From the NCBI GenBank assembly GCA_051294375.1, contig CM119268.1, positions 2,081,574-2,145,573 of the forward strand: a stretch of DNA of 64,000 nt. Direction: 5' to 3'. The position numbers and the translations under genes were made by a program. Positions within the stretch are counted from its first letter, which is position 1, and the number at the start of each line of letters is the position of its first letter. The notes under the pieces are model-generated. The model searched no databases and had not been told where the DNA came from. It saw nothing but the letters and a program-made list of their open reading frames with translations. The stretch is from Paraspadella gotoi. Lineage: Eukaryota; Animalia; Chaetognatha. Of the stretch, positions 38,152 to 53,433 are shown in pieces.

Positions 38152-38707
38152 TCTTAATTGGCTCGCGTCGGAAAAAGAAAAAAAGCGCCTTTTGCTTAGC
38201 AATAAAAAGTTTAAAAAAAGTAGTTGGCTTTAATAAGTTATTCTAGTTTTAGTTTGAGAATTAGTCGTAGCGAGAAAAGAGGTACAATATTTTTTTTTTC
38301 TTTGCGGACTGAATCTTTTTACATCTTCATCTATTTTTCGAGTTTTTGAATTTTTTTTTTCATTTGTTACTCGTTTTGTTTTCATTTTTTCGTTTTTGGC
38401 TTTTAAAGAGACATTTGTCTTTTTAACTAATTGAATGAAATCGTATGTTCTGAATTACGAGATTTATTCATGTTTGCCCAATGCCCATTTTGTGCCTTCA
38501 CAAGGATATTGATCGCTCAAAAACGGTCAGGATAAGGAAAAGATAGATTTTCATTACGATTATTTAAATTTTAACGGCACGAAATATCCTTTTGAATTTT
38601 TTTTTTTTGAAGACATCACGATGTTTTTTTCCAATTATCAGTTTTTGAACAGATTTTCCCTCGCAACATTAAAACTTCACGAAAATTAAATAAGAAATTG
38701 CGAGGAA

Positions 38708-42047
<3,340 letters not shown>

Positions 42048-42688
42048 TGAACTATTACTAAACTACTTATTTTATGATTAATACATTAGTCATTGCTCGT
42101 TTATTACTATCTTGATTCACGATGCTAATAGTGATGTTAATTTATTGAATTATACGATTCCGAATAACTTCGCTATTTGATGTATTTTTTTTTATCCTAG
42201 TCGTTTCTAGTAATTAGGCGAAAAGTTTCTCTAAATTTATTAACGTGGCGACTGTCTACATCCTACTGACGCGAAAACATTTTATAGAAAGATAAGTACC
42301 TAAAATGCGATGTTTCCTCAATGTTTTTGTATTTTAATAAATAGCGAAGAATAAGTTACAACAAACGTAAAAGAAATCATAAATAAAAGAAAAAGAGGGC
42401 AACGAAAAAGTAGGAAACATGAGATCAAGCGCGTGAGAACATCGAAGCAATTTGAGATCATGGATTGATATGAAAATTATTTTATCGCATTGTCACGACC
42501 GAGTTGAAAATGAAGGGGAGGCGGTAGTATTTATGATGAAATAAATAAAAATCCTATGGACTGAAGGAAAAAAAAATATATAAAACTCTGGCCGAGAAAA
42601 TACGCTAGCACGTGAACGCATAACGATAGATAAATAGCGACAAAGAAATAATTAAGCCGTCGAATGGCCACCTATCCTTGAATCACGG

Positions 42689-45600
42689 TCAGCGAAGCAG
42701 TTGACTCGGGAGTCTGTTCGAGTATCTGACTGGGGTGGCTGGTGCTGGAGTTGTCTGGGGATGCTGCTGTTCCTGTCTTCGATGATAGAGTCGAGCGCGG
42801 TTGCCATAATCGTCGGGGGACTTGGATCTGAAAGAAAAAAAGACGGTTACTTGATTACATTTTTTTATTGAAAGCGTTTAGTGTATATGTTAATCAATAA
42901 ATATAATTTATCAAAGAATATGTATTAACCATAGTTGTCTTTAGACTACGTGCCGACTGAGCATTTTGTAACGATAAAAGGAATTATCAAAAAGGGACCA
43001 AAAAAACTGAAACGAAGACAATTTTTGAAAACAAAGCTATCGGGTCGTCTCAAGTTGTACGACGCAATTTTGCCTAAATTTCGAAGTGAGACAGTACAGT
43101 AATAATTGTTATGAGTTAGGAACAGAACCGTTCAATATAAGAAGACTAGATGTCCCCGAGTTTCGGATCAGGCTGTAAAACCGACCTTCGGGTTGGGAGG
43201 CGAATGACTTGCCTCCTGCACCAATGGCCGCTGATGAACGGTTGGTGGATTTTAGTCCATAGAAGGCAAATATCAAAATCGATCGGAGTGGAGGGAACAA
43301 TGTAAATCTTTGTTCCATGAGGACGGTGCGAACCTGTACGAAGAGGCAGTCGAATACGGCGACGAAGATCTCGATCTTGAAGACGATGAAGACGACGACC
43401 GCGACGAAACCGGCGTCGGCGACCGCGGCTTCCTGTTGTAGGGAACGGGTCTTTTCCGCGCCGACGTGATCCGACGTCGCTCCAAATAGTGGGGCGAGTC
43501 GCGACGCTTTCGCCACGGAGGCGGAGACGCCGACGCCTTGCGACGCCATCGTCCTTCCGCGCTGCGAGACCTGCTGCGCGCTCTGATGGGTTCAATAATA
43601 GTTGAAATAAAGTATGAATACATCCAGAGAAATTGCAATGGAACTCCGTAGACTTGAATTTACCCTTTGTTCGGACTGTCCCGCTTTTGGGCGAGCCTTT
43701 CTCTACTCCGCGACCTTCCTCGGCGCTTGTTGGGCGTTTCCAGAATTGGCGCCGGTCCGAGGCCACGCGGCCCGCCCATCGCCGACGGTCTGTCATGGCA
43801 ATGGGGAATTTGTATTAATAATGAGAATTGTAATTTATATGTTATATTGAGCCTTCTCGTTTCTCACCCTTGCGGGACTAAACTGCCCTTCTTGACCGGG
43901 GTACCGGGCGGCGCTCCGGGTCCCGCTATGAGGAGCGGCGCGTTGCCGCCCGGCCCCGGCTTTTTCCTCAGCCCGCGCTTTTTCTCGATGAGTTCGGCGC
44001 GGGCACGGGCCTCGCGCGCCAGCAGCTCCGCTTCGTCGTCGATCAGCGCCGCGGCGATCTTGTCGCGGTCCGCAGCTGTCAAGTCGGATCTTCGGTTCCA
44101 TCGGGACGGGGGAGAGGGGAGGGGAAATGGAAAGAAAATGGAAGAGCATTAGAATTTATAGAAAATTCATAGTCTTCGTAGAAAATATTTTTTTAAAAAA
44201 AGGACTGTTTTGGAAGATAAAGAGTGCGAAATGGCGTTTTGTTTTGTTTATTATTTCTGTCGATTCCTATGCTTTGTTTTAAAACCCCCCCCCTTCGAAG
44301 ATTAAAAAGGCTCTGGCAGTTACTATTTAAGATGAAGCCTGCGGTGGTTAATTTCCAGTTATGAAATATATTTTTCTCGATATATGAATATCAAATAAAC
44401 AGGGGCTTCAGTTTTAATAGTCGCCGCTCAAAACTCAAAGTACTATCGGCAAAACTAGGTAAAAAAAAAATCGGCGAATCACAAGAAGTGGTTGTAAATT
44501 ACTAGAGGTGAACCGGATCTCCGGTTCAGACCGTACCCGGTTGAAAAGAATTTTAATAGATATTGTTATTAAAGACCTTTTCTATTATCAAACATCAGGG
44601 CTGGACGACTTGGCAAATTGCGAACTTATTATTCCATGTTCGACGTATTATTATTATTCGTTTTGGTTATACCCAAATATCGTTATTTTTTAACTCTTAA
44701 TTCATCGATATACTAATTCGGGACGGTCATATCATTTTCCACCTGGATTTTAATTTATCGGAAATAAAATGAACCTGAATTCCAACAATAATTCTAATAT
44801 TTAAAAAAAAAAGAATTTATGTACAATATTTTAGAAGATTAATTAAAAAAAAGAAGAATTTGTTTGTAAAATCGACACCTGAATCCGTAAACATTGAAAT
44901 ACTCACTGCAGGTCCTAGTCAATGTATTCTCCTAATGTCGCGGGTGAGAGAAAAAAAAAGAAGAACAAAGAAAAAAACCATTCGATCTGCTGCCGGTGAA
45001 AAAAGATTACAAAAAAAAAAAAGAAAGAAAGAAAGAGGGCCAACGATGGTGTTTTGTTTTGTTTTTCCATTTTTGAACGAAGAAGCAGAAATAAAAGAGG
45101 CACTCATATTAGACGTTATAATGGCTTTTGAGTTATTTTGTTGACGATATAGTATTTTAAATTTAATTACCATTTTTTTTTCCTTGCAACAATAGAAACT
45201 CGCTTTCTCTCAAAGAATGGGTTGAGAAAACAGAGGCTCGGTTTCAATGAAGATAGCGTTTTTTAGCTATTTTATCAGGAATCCGACCGAAATTCGTGAG
45301 TTCAAAGAAAGAGAATGTGTAAAAAATGAAAAAAAAATGAAGAACGACATGAGATTAAGTGAATTGAAAATTTGGTTTCCGAAATTTCCTTTTTTTTATT
45401 TGCGGGTTTTCTGTTTATTAGAAAAGATATTTAAATACCGGGAGTAACACTCGACATATATGTTTCGTACAGTCGTGAAGTAGATGTTTCGGTTTAACTT
45501 TATTTGTCCACAACGAGGTGATATTATTAGTAGAAATTAATTCCATAACTATCGCCCAAATAACGCGCACAATGATGAAGAGGAAGGGAAAAGAAGTTTA

Positions 45601-46952
45601 CGGTTAATTCTTTTTTTTCCCGACAGAGGTCTAACCTGTTGACTCCTCCGTTGGCATTAAAGTAAGGTCCGGCTTGCGATTGATGCAGCAGGGAAGGAGC
45701 TCCGCCTCGCCCGCCTCCCTGCCCCATGTGCCCGCCCCCGGACATGGGTCCGTTGATGGGCGAGAGTCCGGGAGGCGGCGGCCCTAGAATCGATTGCTGG
45801 TGAATCGGGTGATGGTGATGGTGATGATGATGGTGATTGTGATGATCCGGATTTCCTCTGTGATTCCTGCTGCTGAAATTATCCATGAATCTCCCGTCGC
45901 CGTGATGTTGTTGCTGCTGCTGCTGCTGCGTCTGCTGTTGTTGCAAGCCTTTCATCCTTGGCCCGAATCTCTCGTTGCCTCCCATTTTTCGATTCCTTCC
46001 CCGCTGTCTGCCGCCTCCTCCTCCTCCTCCTCCTCCTCCCGCCCTAGGATCCTCCCGATGCTGGAGTTCTCCGCCCACTGGGAATCCCTCCACGCCGCCG
46101 CCACCTCCGGCTCCGACCCTCTCTCCTCTGAACGGAGCCGACATCGCCGGCGGCGGCGCCTCCGCCACTTCCGGTTTCGGAGAGATCCGCGCGGGACCTC
46201 TCGCCTCCGCTACTTCCGGCGCTCCGGCGGGCGATCGCGATCGCTCGGTTTCGCGCGGCGCCGGCGACGGGGATCCGCGGGAACGGGCGCGTTTTCGGTG
46301 GTGACGCCGGCGACGATGACGATGTCGACGGTGATGCTTCTTGCGTCCGCGTCGCGACCGGCTGCGTCGATCCTCTTCCTCCTCGTCTTCCTCTTCTTCC
46401 TCCGGGGCGTCCTCTTGATTTTCGGGGCGCTCCTCCGTTGGGTTTGCTTCAAATATCGAAATAATAAGTGAAGTAAATTAGTACTGGTGTATAGCGTCAT
46501 CCTTGAAAAATTAAAAATATATACTGTATGTAGTATCCCAAGATAAAATGAAATAACCTACAGACCTGTTTGCCAGTCGTAGTCATTGAATAAAAAGATG
46601 GTAATTATTTTGAGAATATAGTTTGAAATAAATGTTTATTTAATATATATTGATAAATAGTTTTAAAAACCTGGACACTTGGAATCCTCATCCTTCTCCT
46701 CATTTTCTTCCTCGTTGTTTTCCTCGTAAATCGGCTGAGCTTCTCGCTTCATCTTCATGGCGATGTGTTCCTTCACCAAAAGCATCTGGCGGAAGATCGA
46801 GACTTTCCGCTGAATCTCCTCCGCTTTGAATCTGAGGGTGAGGAAGAGAAGAGGAAGAGGAAAGGTGAGTTCGGCGGGTGGGTTGATTTTTTTAATTGTC
46901 ACTTGACGAGATCACAACTAAGTCATTGGAACAGTTTTCTCTCTTCCTCTCT

Positions 46953-47012
<60 letters not shown>

Positions 47013-48047
47013 CTCCCTTCCCCCATCCCTCCACCCTCGACTCACCCTTGGTATTCATGACTCAATTTCATTGCCATGCACTTGAGCTCGACCTTGCGTT
47101 GGAGCCTCGCTTCTCTCTCGTAGTCGACGAACTCTTCGTCGTTTCGTGGAAGATCGTCGGCTCCGGTCACGTGACCGTTCATCCCAGTCATCGTCGTTTC
47201 TTCCGGAATCGGCAAACGAGGTAATAATAATAAGTTGGTTTCGTGCAAAATTCCCATGGCTCGATCGACGACTTGTCAAAGATCGGAAATTGCGTTGAAA
47301 GACGAATCTGTAGTTGTCCGCATTTACTTTTTTTTCTTTCACTTTTTGGGAAGAACGAATAAAAATCTGTCTCTCTCTCTCTTTTCGTCTTTCTCGCTCA
47401 CTCTCTCTCTCTCAATCTTTCTTTCTCTCGGTCCTCAGTGTCCTTGCGAAGGTCAAACTGAAGAGGACAGAATCTCATTCATTTCGTCTCGGGTCGAGAT
47501 TCCGCATCAATTATCGATTCCATCGACGATGGAATCCTATTTTATTTTTGGGCCAATCGCTGATCGAGGACGAAATCCGGATTTTTTTTTAAAGGTTTTT
47601 ATTTTTATTTTTATTTTTTATTTTTTTCTTCTTTTTGAAAACTCTCCAAAAATGAAATGACTCTTTTTTTTTATCTTTGGTCGTTGGCGAATTTAATTCC
47701 CTCCAATTTATTTAATGAATAATTATTTTTTCTTGCACGCTTCGAAGGCAATTTCAGCGATTTTTCGTAGCTTAGGAGATTGAAAAGTAAAGGTTTCGAT
47801 GCCGATCGAATTAAACAAGAAATCAAAGGCCGCACGATCGAAATCTTAACGTAAAAAAAAAAGCAAGGATTCCACGCTTCTTCCTTTGGATCCGTCGAGT
47901 CGGCCTGATATGGTGCCATGGATGGAACGCGGCTCGCAGGTGGCCTCCTGCGGCGGCCGCTGCGGTTTTCTCTGCGTCGGCTTTTGACGTCGCTGTTCCA
48001 CGGCCGACGACCGTTTCTACGAGGCCCCGTTTCGTGCATGTTTCCAT
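42689..48047 (-). CDS. Srrm2/3/4-family splicing factor: cwf21 domain, RS regions and C-terminal eMIC (SRRM_C) domain
   Basis: cwf21 core QRKVELKCMAMKLSHEYQG|FKAEEIQRKVSIFRQMLL; eMIC WRKRRDSPHYLERRRITSARKRPVPY (~43420-43516); exon phases consistent from ATG 48047 to TGA 42689. Confidence 0.85.
43088..43272 (-). mobile_element. Dispersed repeat family A (copy 2, internally deleted) in the last intron of the Srrm gene
   Basis: Reverse complement matches 3861-4092 with about 55 bp missing from the middle. Confidence 0.75.
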
Positions 48048-49398
48048 TGGCGATTTTCTCCCTTTCTCTTATCCTTTCCTCCTTGCGTTCCACCTCTTCC
48101 TCTTCGTTTCCATCTCCCGTCCTCCGTCCTCTTCCTCTTCCTCCTCTTCCTCCGCGTTTCCGCTCTGAGTATTTGACTTCGGCTCGTTGTTGCGTGTTCG
48201 TCGTGTGCCCGATCAATGCCTTCGTTCTGGAGGGTTTCGGGGGTCGCGAAAGGATAATTTTTTAAAAAATTATTGTTTATTTTATTTTTTTAAAATAATT
48301 TTCTTTAATTTCGAATTTATTCGCTTCCATAATTTATTACATTTAAAAATTTGAAGTATGATAAATGTTTAAGAATAAATAAAAAATTAAAAAAAGTTAT
48401 TATTTTGATTTAAAATTGTTTAATTTATATTGAGAAATAGGTATTTTTAAAAAAAAATTGTTGCAATCTTTTTTTTAGAAAGCGCGACCCCTGAGGACGG
48501 ACCATCTGTCGCATGAAGACTTTTTTTTGTCTAACTCTTGATGAAGTTTCAGTCAGATGTTAGAGAAGTTTCATAATCGTTGTGGCTAAAGGCTTATGTA
48601 TACATAGAATAAATTCATAGAATATGAATATTAAAGATCCGTTAAGAAGCTCATTATTTGACTTATATCATTTGAGAACATCAAAACTTTCGAAAATAAA
48701 AAAAATATAGAATTAATTAATTTGAAAATATTTCTATAACCCTAGGTGTATTTCTTGTTGAGTTTTTCAAAAATTCTTATCTTTCCTATATTTAAGTATT
48801 TTATCTAATTTTATAAGTTTATTTTGAGATGAATCGTTCACTCCAAAGATAATGATTATTATTTCTTTGAAAATTTAGTTTTATCAAAAAATGTAACATT
48901 AATTTAACAAATGAACAGAGAATCGTTCAGATGGCACGGCAATCTTTCCGCGCTCCTCTGTTTCCGAACGAAAACAAAAGATTTTTTCCATTAAAAGCGA
49001 TAAGGACTTGGATGCACCCCATCATAATTAGACTTTTAAAATTACTTTTTACTTTCTTTTTAAAAGTTGTCTTGTTTTAATATTAATTAGTACATTAGAA
49101 AGTATAGACACAACGTATAGATATTGTCAATGGTTTCAATTATTATCATACTCAAGGTTTTAAATATAACTTATCTTTCCTATTACTATTAGTTAAAAAA
49201 AACAAAAAAAAACTTCAAAAAAATTATTTTTTTTTCGGCTTGAAACTATGCTAAATTCATCGGTGGAATCTTTCTTTGACAAACAATATAATACTAATTG
49301 CCATATTACTATTCTCCCTCGACCAAACTGAACGAACGATATTAAGAAATATGGTATATTCAAGTATCACAAAATTCACAATTTTCCTCGCTACAAAG

Positions 49399-52300
49399 TC
49401 AGACTTTTGGAAGTCCATAATGACGATTCAAAAGTTCGGTGGATTTGAAAATGGATTTGGTTTTGATTGGAACGATCGTTGGGAAGTAAGTCAATCCCGA
49501 AGCTTCGATCAACTGCTCCTCGGCGGGCGGCTCGATGATGTCGAGTTGAGAGTTGAACCTGTGAGAGGAATAGGAAGTCTGGGTGAGCAATATAAAAAGA
49601 TTTAAAAAAAAACTGTCAATTTAGTTTGTATGAAATATAATGTTAAACTGCTTAAAAGTGCAGACAAACAAAATCGCTAATTTTGATAAGCATCAGATTC
49701 TCGCGACGTCTTTGAATTAAATTTTATTTATCTGATGTTTGAAGTTATTAGAGCCATAAATTAAATGTTATTTGTTATCTGATGTTTAAAGTTATTCGCG
49801 CCCGAATTTTTGTTATATTTGTCAATCGTAAACGCTGAATATTTGTGATACGACGAGGCGCGATACGATTCCACGTCCGCCCACCTGACTGAGTTCTGCG
49901 CGGTGGTGCCGTGAAAGCTCTTGGCCCGCGGCAGAGTGCTGGACTCGAGAAGGACCATAGGATCTAACGTAGCGAGGTCGTCGTTGGTCGTCAACCCGTC
50001 GAACTTGTAGCGCCCTCTCTTGAGGCTCCCGTTGCTGGGCAAGGTGGCGCTGTAGCTGGGACTCCGCAGACCGGACAGGATGTGAGGGGGCGTGTCCGTC
50101 GTCCCTTCGGACGGCGGGGCGGTGATCAAGGCCACGGAGGTGAATACGTTGGTCGGGGGGACCGGGGTGTGTTTGGTTCCGCCCTGGGTAGTGGGGGGGG
50201 AAGTATTGTGGTAAGAGAAAACTCGAGGTGAAAGAAAGAGAGATTGAGAGAGAGAGAGGGAAAGAAAGAAAAAAAAATAGAAAAGGAAAGAAAAGAAAAT
50301 AAATGGAACGAAGGAAAGAAAGAAAGAAAGAAAAAAAGAAAGAAAGAAAAAGAAAAAAATGAAGAAGGAAAGTAAGAGAGGAAAAGCCAAAACTAGTGCA
50401 GTAGTAGCTATTACTAATACCATTACTAATTACTAATACCATTAGGTAACCGAGAGACAAGGGGGATGGGCAATTGGGCATTGGGAAATCCCAACAAGAA
50501 TCGTTTAAAAACGCGCAATCTGTGAAACCAATTAAAAGCGTCACCCTATGTTATCTTCCCTAATTAAAAAAAAAATGGCCGCTCAAGATTAATCATCATC
50601 TATCTATCATCTATCTATCATTAATCATCATCTATCAGTCACCTGCAAAAGGGAAGCCATTCCACCGTCGTCGCTGTCGTCGTCGTCGCCGTCGTCGTTT
50701 TGAGCGAGGATGAGGTTCGTCGCGGCGACGTCGTCGAGGATCGTCATCTCCGTCGTCGAAGGATGAAGACGCGACGACTGTGGACGAGCCTCTCCTTCCG
50801 CGTAGATGTCGTCGGCGACGGTTTGGAACCGACGGAAGGTGAATCCGTCGTGGACCTTTTGTAAGTTTAATTTGGATCGAAGAATGTCAATGCGTGTGTT
50901 TCAAACAAATGGTTTAATGATTATTTTAATTGATTATTTATTTAAATAATACTCGATCGCGCTTAGTTTTCAAATTAGATATATGAACATCAAGTTATTA
51001 TTACCGTTTAGAATAGATTTTAATAACTATTAATATCGTGATAATGATTTTTAATGATAACACAAATTAAACCATCGAACCTGGTCGTATATCACTTCGC
51101 TCAGGTAAGGATCTGTGGAATTGAATCTGGTTCCAGGGTTTGAGCTTTTCAGGGCGCTTTTTAATCTGGAAACAAAAATAATTAAGTAAAGTGGAGGTTT
51201 AAATTATATAATTGTTCGGTACATTAACAGATTTGACAATTTCAACCCACCCCTAACCCCTGGATAATTCTCGCTCACTTGACTTCCTGTTTGGGCGAGA
51301 GCTCGCGATGTTTCTCGCAGCGAAAAGGCTGCGTCTTGACCAATGGAAATCTGGCAGGGCCGCCGTGATTGCAGAGGCAGCAATTGGGGGTTCGTCCCTT
51401 GTTGCAGAAGGCGGACTTGGGGTCGTGGGCGTGACAGCAGAGCGACGCTTGATGGCGGACGAAGTAGTTGGAGTCTTTGATCTCGGTTGGACCCAAGGAA
51501 GTCTCCATGATGGGGGAAATGAGTTTGTCGGTCTACAATTAAAAACGAACGTGTTTGCTAAAAACCCCATCTATACAAAATAAATTAAATTTGAGTCTTC
51601 TTAATAACATTTGGCTTGTATAGTAAAATTCTCCGTCCTAAAATATTCTGAGGGAGTTTCTTTATCTAATTGATTATTTCATTAATAGAGAAGCCAAAAC
51701 TAAATTAAACAGAGAATCGGCGTGATTGATGTAAATTTCAAACTTTTAAAGAGTAGGAGGATAAAGAGCTGGTTTATTGACTCATCAGCTAATTTTTAAA
51801 ATTGTTGTACCAATTTTATTTTGCATTTTTAATTTCTGCGATGATTCTTACCGGAACCTTTTCAATCGAGACGTTTTCTTCCAAGTATTTGATCTTTTCC
51901 ATATTTTCGAACTCGTTTTTCAGTGAGTTGTTATCTTCTCCTGCGAAGAAAAGATTTTAATTCTAGAATTCGTTCACGCTTTTCGTATTCACATCCTTCA
52001 CGAGTTCTCACCGACGGTGGAGATGTAAGTCAACTCCCGAGCTTTTTTCTTGAAATTCCGCCGCCGACATCGTCTTCTGAGGTTTGAGGTATTTTAAAAT
52101 GAAAATTTTATTGAAATACGTATGTTATAATTTAATTTAATATTAACAAATAATATCATAAATAATAAAACCTCAATGAATTTCAAAGTCTAATAATGGT
52201 TAACATTAAAAAAAAAGAAAACGCTTTAGCTCAGCAGGATTTAATCTTAATTTTTAAATATTCGCCACCTTTCATTATCTTCTCCCTTCCCAAAATTAGG

Positions 52301-53299
52301 CTAATTGTAGGAGGTCGTTTAATTAATATTTCTAAAAATATAGCAATGAATAGTGGGCCAAAACCTGCAGGCCATGACGAGAGAGACGGAGACGGCGAAG
52401 GCGATGGTGACGGCGAGCGAGGAGAGAATCACTGTGTGCATCGGGACGTCGGACGGAATCAACGCGGCTGCGATTCCTGAGCCACTGTGCGCCTCTTTCT
52501 TTGTTTGGCAATTCGCGTCTGAACCAATTTTTAGATAGGGTGTTTTTTATCACTTTTTAATGTTTAGTTTCTTGTCCGCTTACTACAGAGTACACATTCC
52601 ATTAATAATACAAACGTCCCGAATGTGAAGCCCTTTTTGGCCTTATTTCCCCAGAACGGCCCGTTATGTCTTATATACGGAATTAGGTTAATTTTTTTGA
52701 GTTAAAGCTTAGGTTAGAAATTAGGGTTTCGGATTAGGTTAGGGATTAAGGTTAGGGATTAGGTTAGGGATTTAAGGTTAGGGATTTGGTCTATGATTAC
52801 TGATTAGGGTTAAGGATTAGTATTAATTAAGGATAAAACTTTGGGATTAGTTAATAAGTTTAAAAATATATTTAGGTTTAATATTAAAGTTAAATAAACA
52901 AACAAAAAATGGGGCACTCTCAGAAAAGTGAGCCGATAAAAACGAACCACTAATTATACATTACTTTTTTCTCTCTCTCTTACGTATAGTATGTATTTGT
53001 CTCATCTCTCGAGAAAGCACTTTCCTTACCCCACGACCATCTGCTCCTTACCCTCGTCCCAACTGAACTTGCAATTGACGACTTCATTGCAGACGAGACT
53101 TTGATCGATGCAAGTGTTGTCTCCACAGTGAAACGATTTCGTGGGATCGCAAGGACCACTGTGGAAGACGCTGAGCATCGCTTGGAACTTGACCTGAGAA
53201 AGAGTGAGAAACAAAAGCCATTGAATCATCATCATCAGAATCATCATCCATCATCATTCATTATCATTATCATTATCAATCATTCATCATCGTCATCAT

Positions 53300-53340
<41 letters not shown>

Positions 53341-53400
53341 ATCATTATCATCATTATTATCTGAGAAACAAGAGGCGTTGAACTTGGCATTGGATCATCG

Positions 53401-53433
<33 letters not shown>

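Noticed and set aside
48555-48575. TAGAGAAGTTTC similarity to U3 snoRNA
   Set aside because: No box A/A', B, C or D context around it.
52684-52815. True telomere or chromosome-fusion site
   Set aside because: Short, degenerate, single orientation and intronic.
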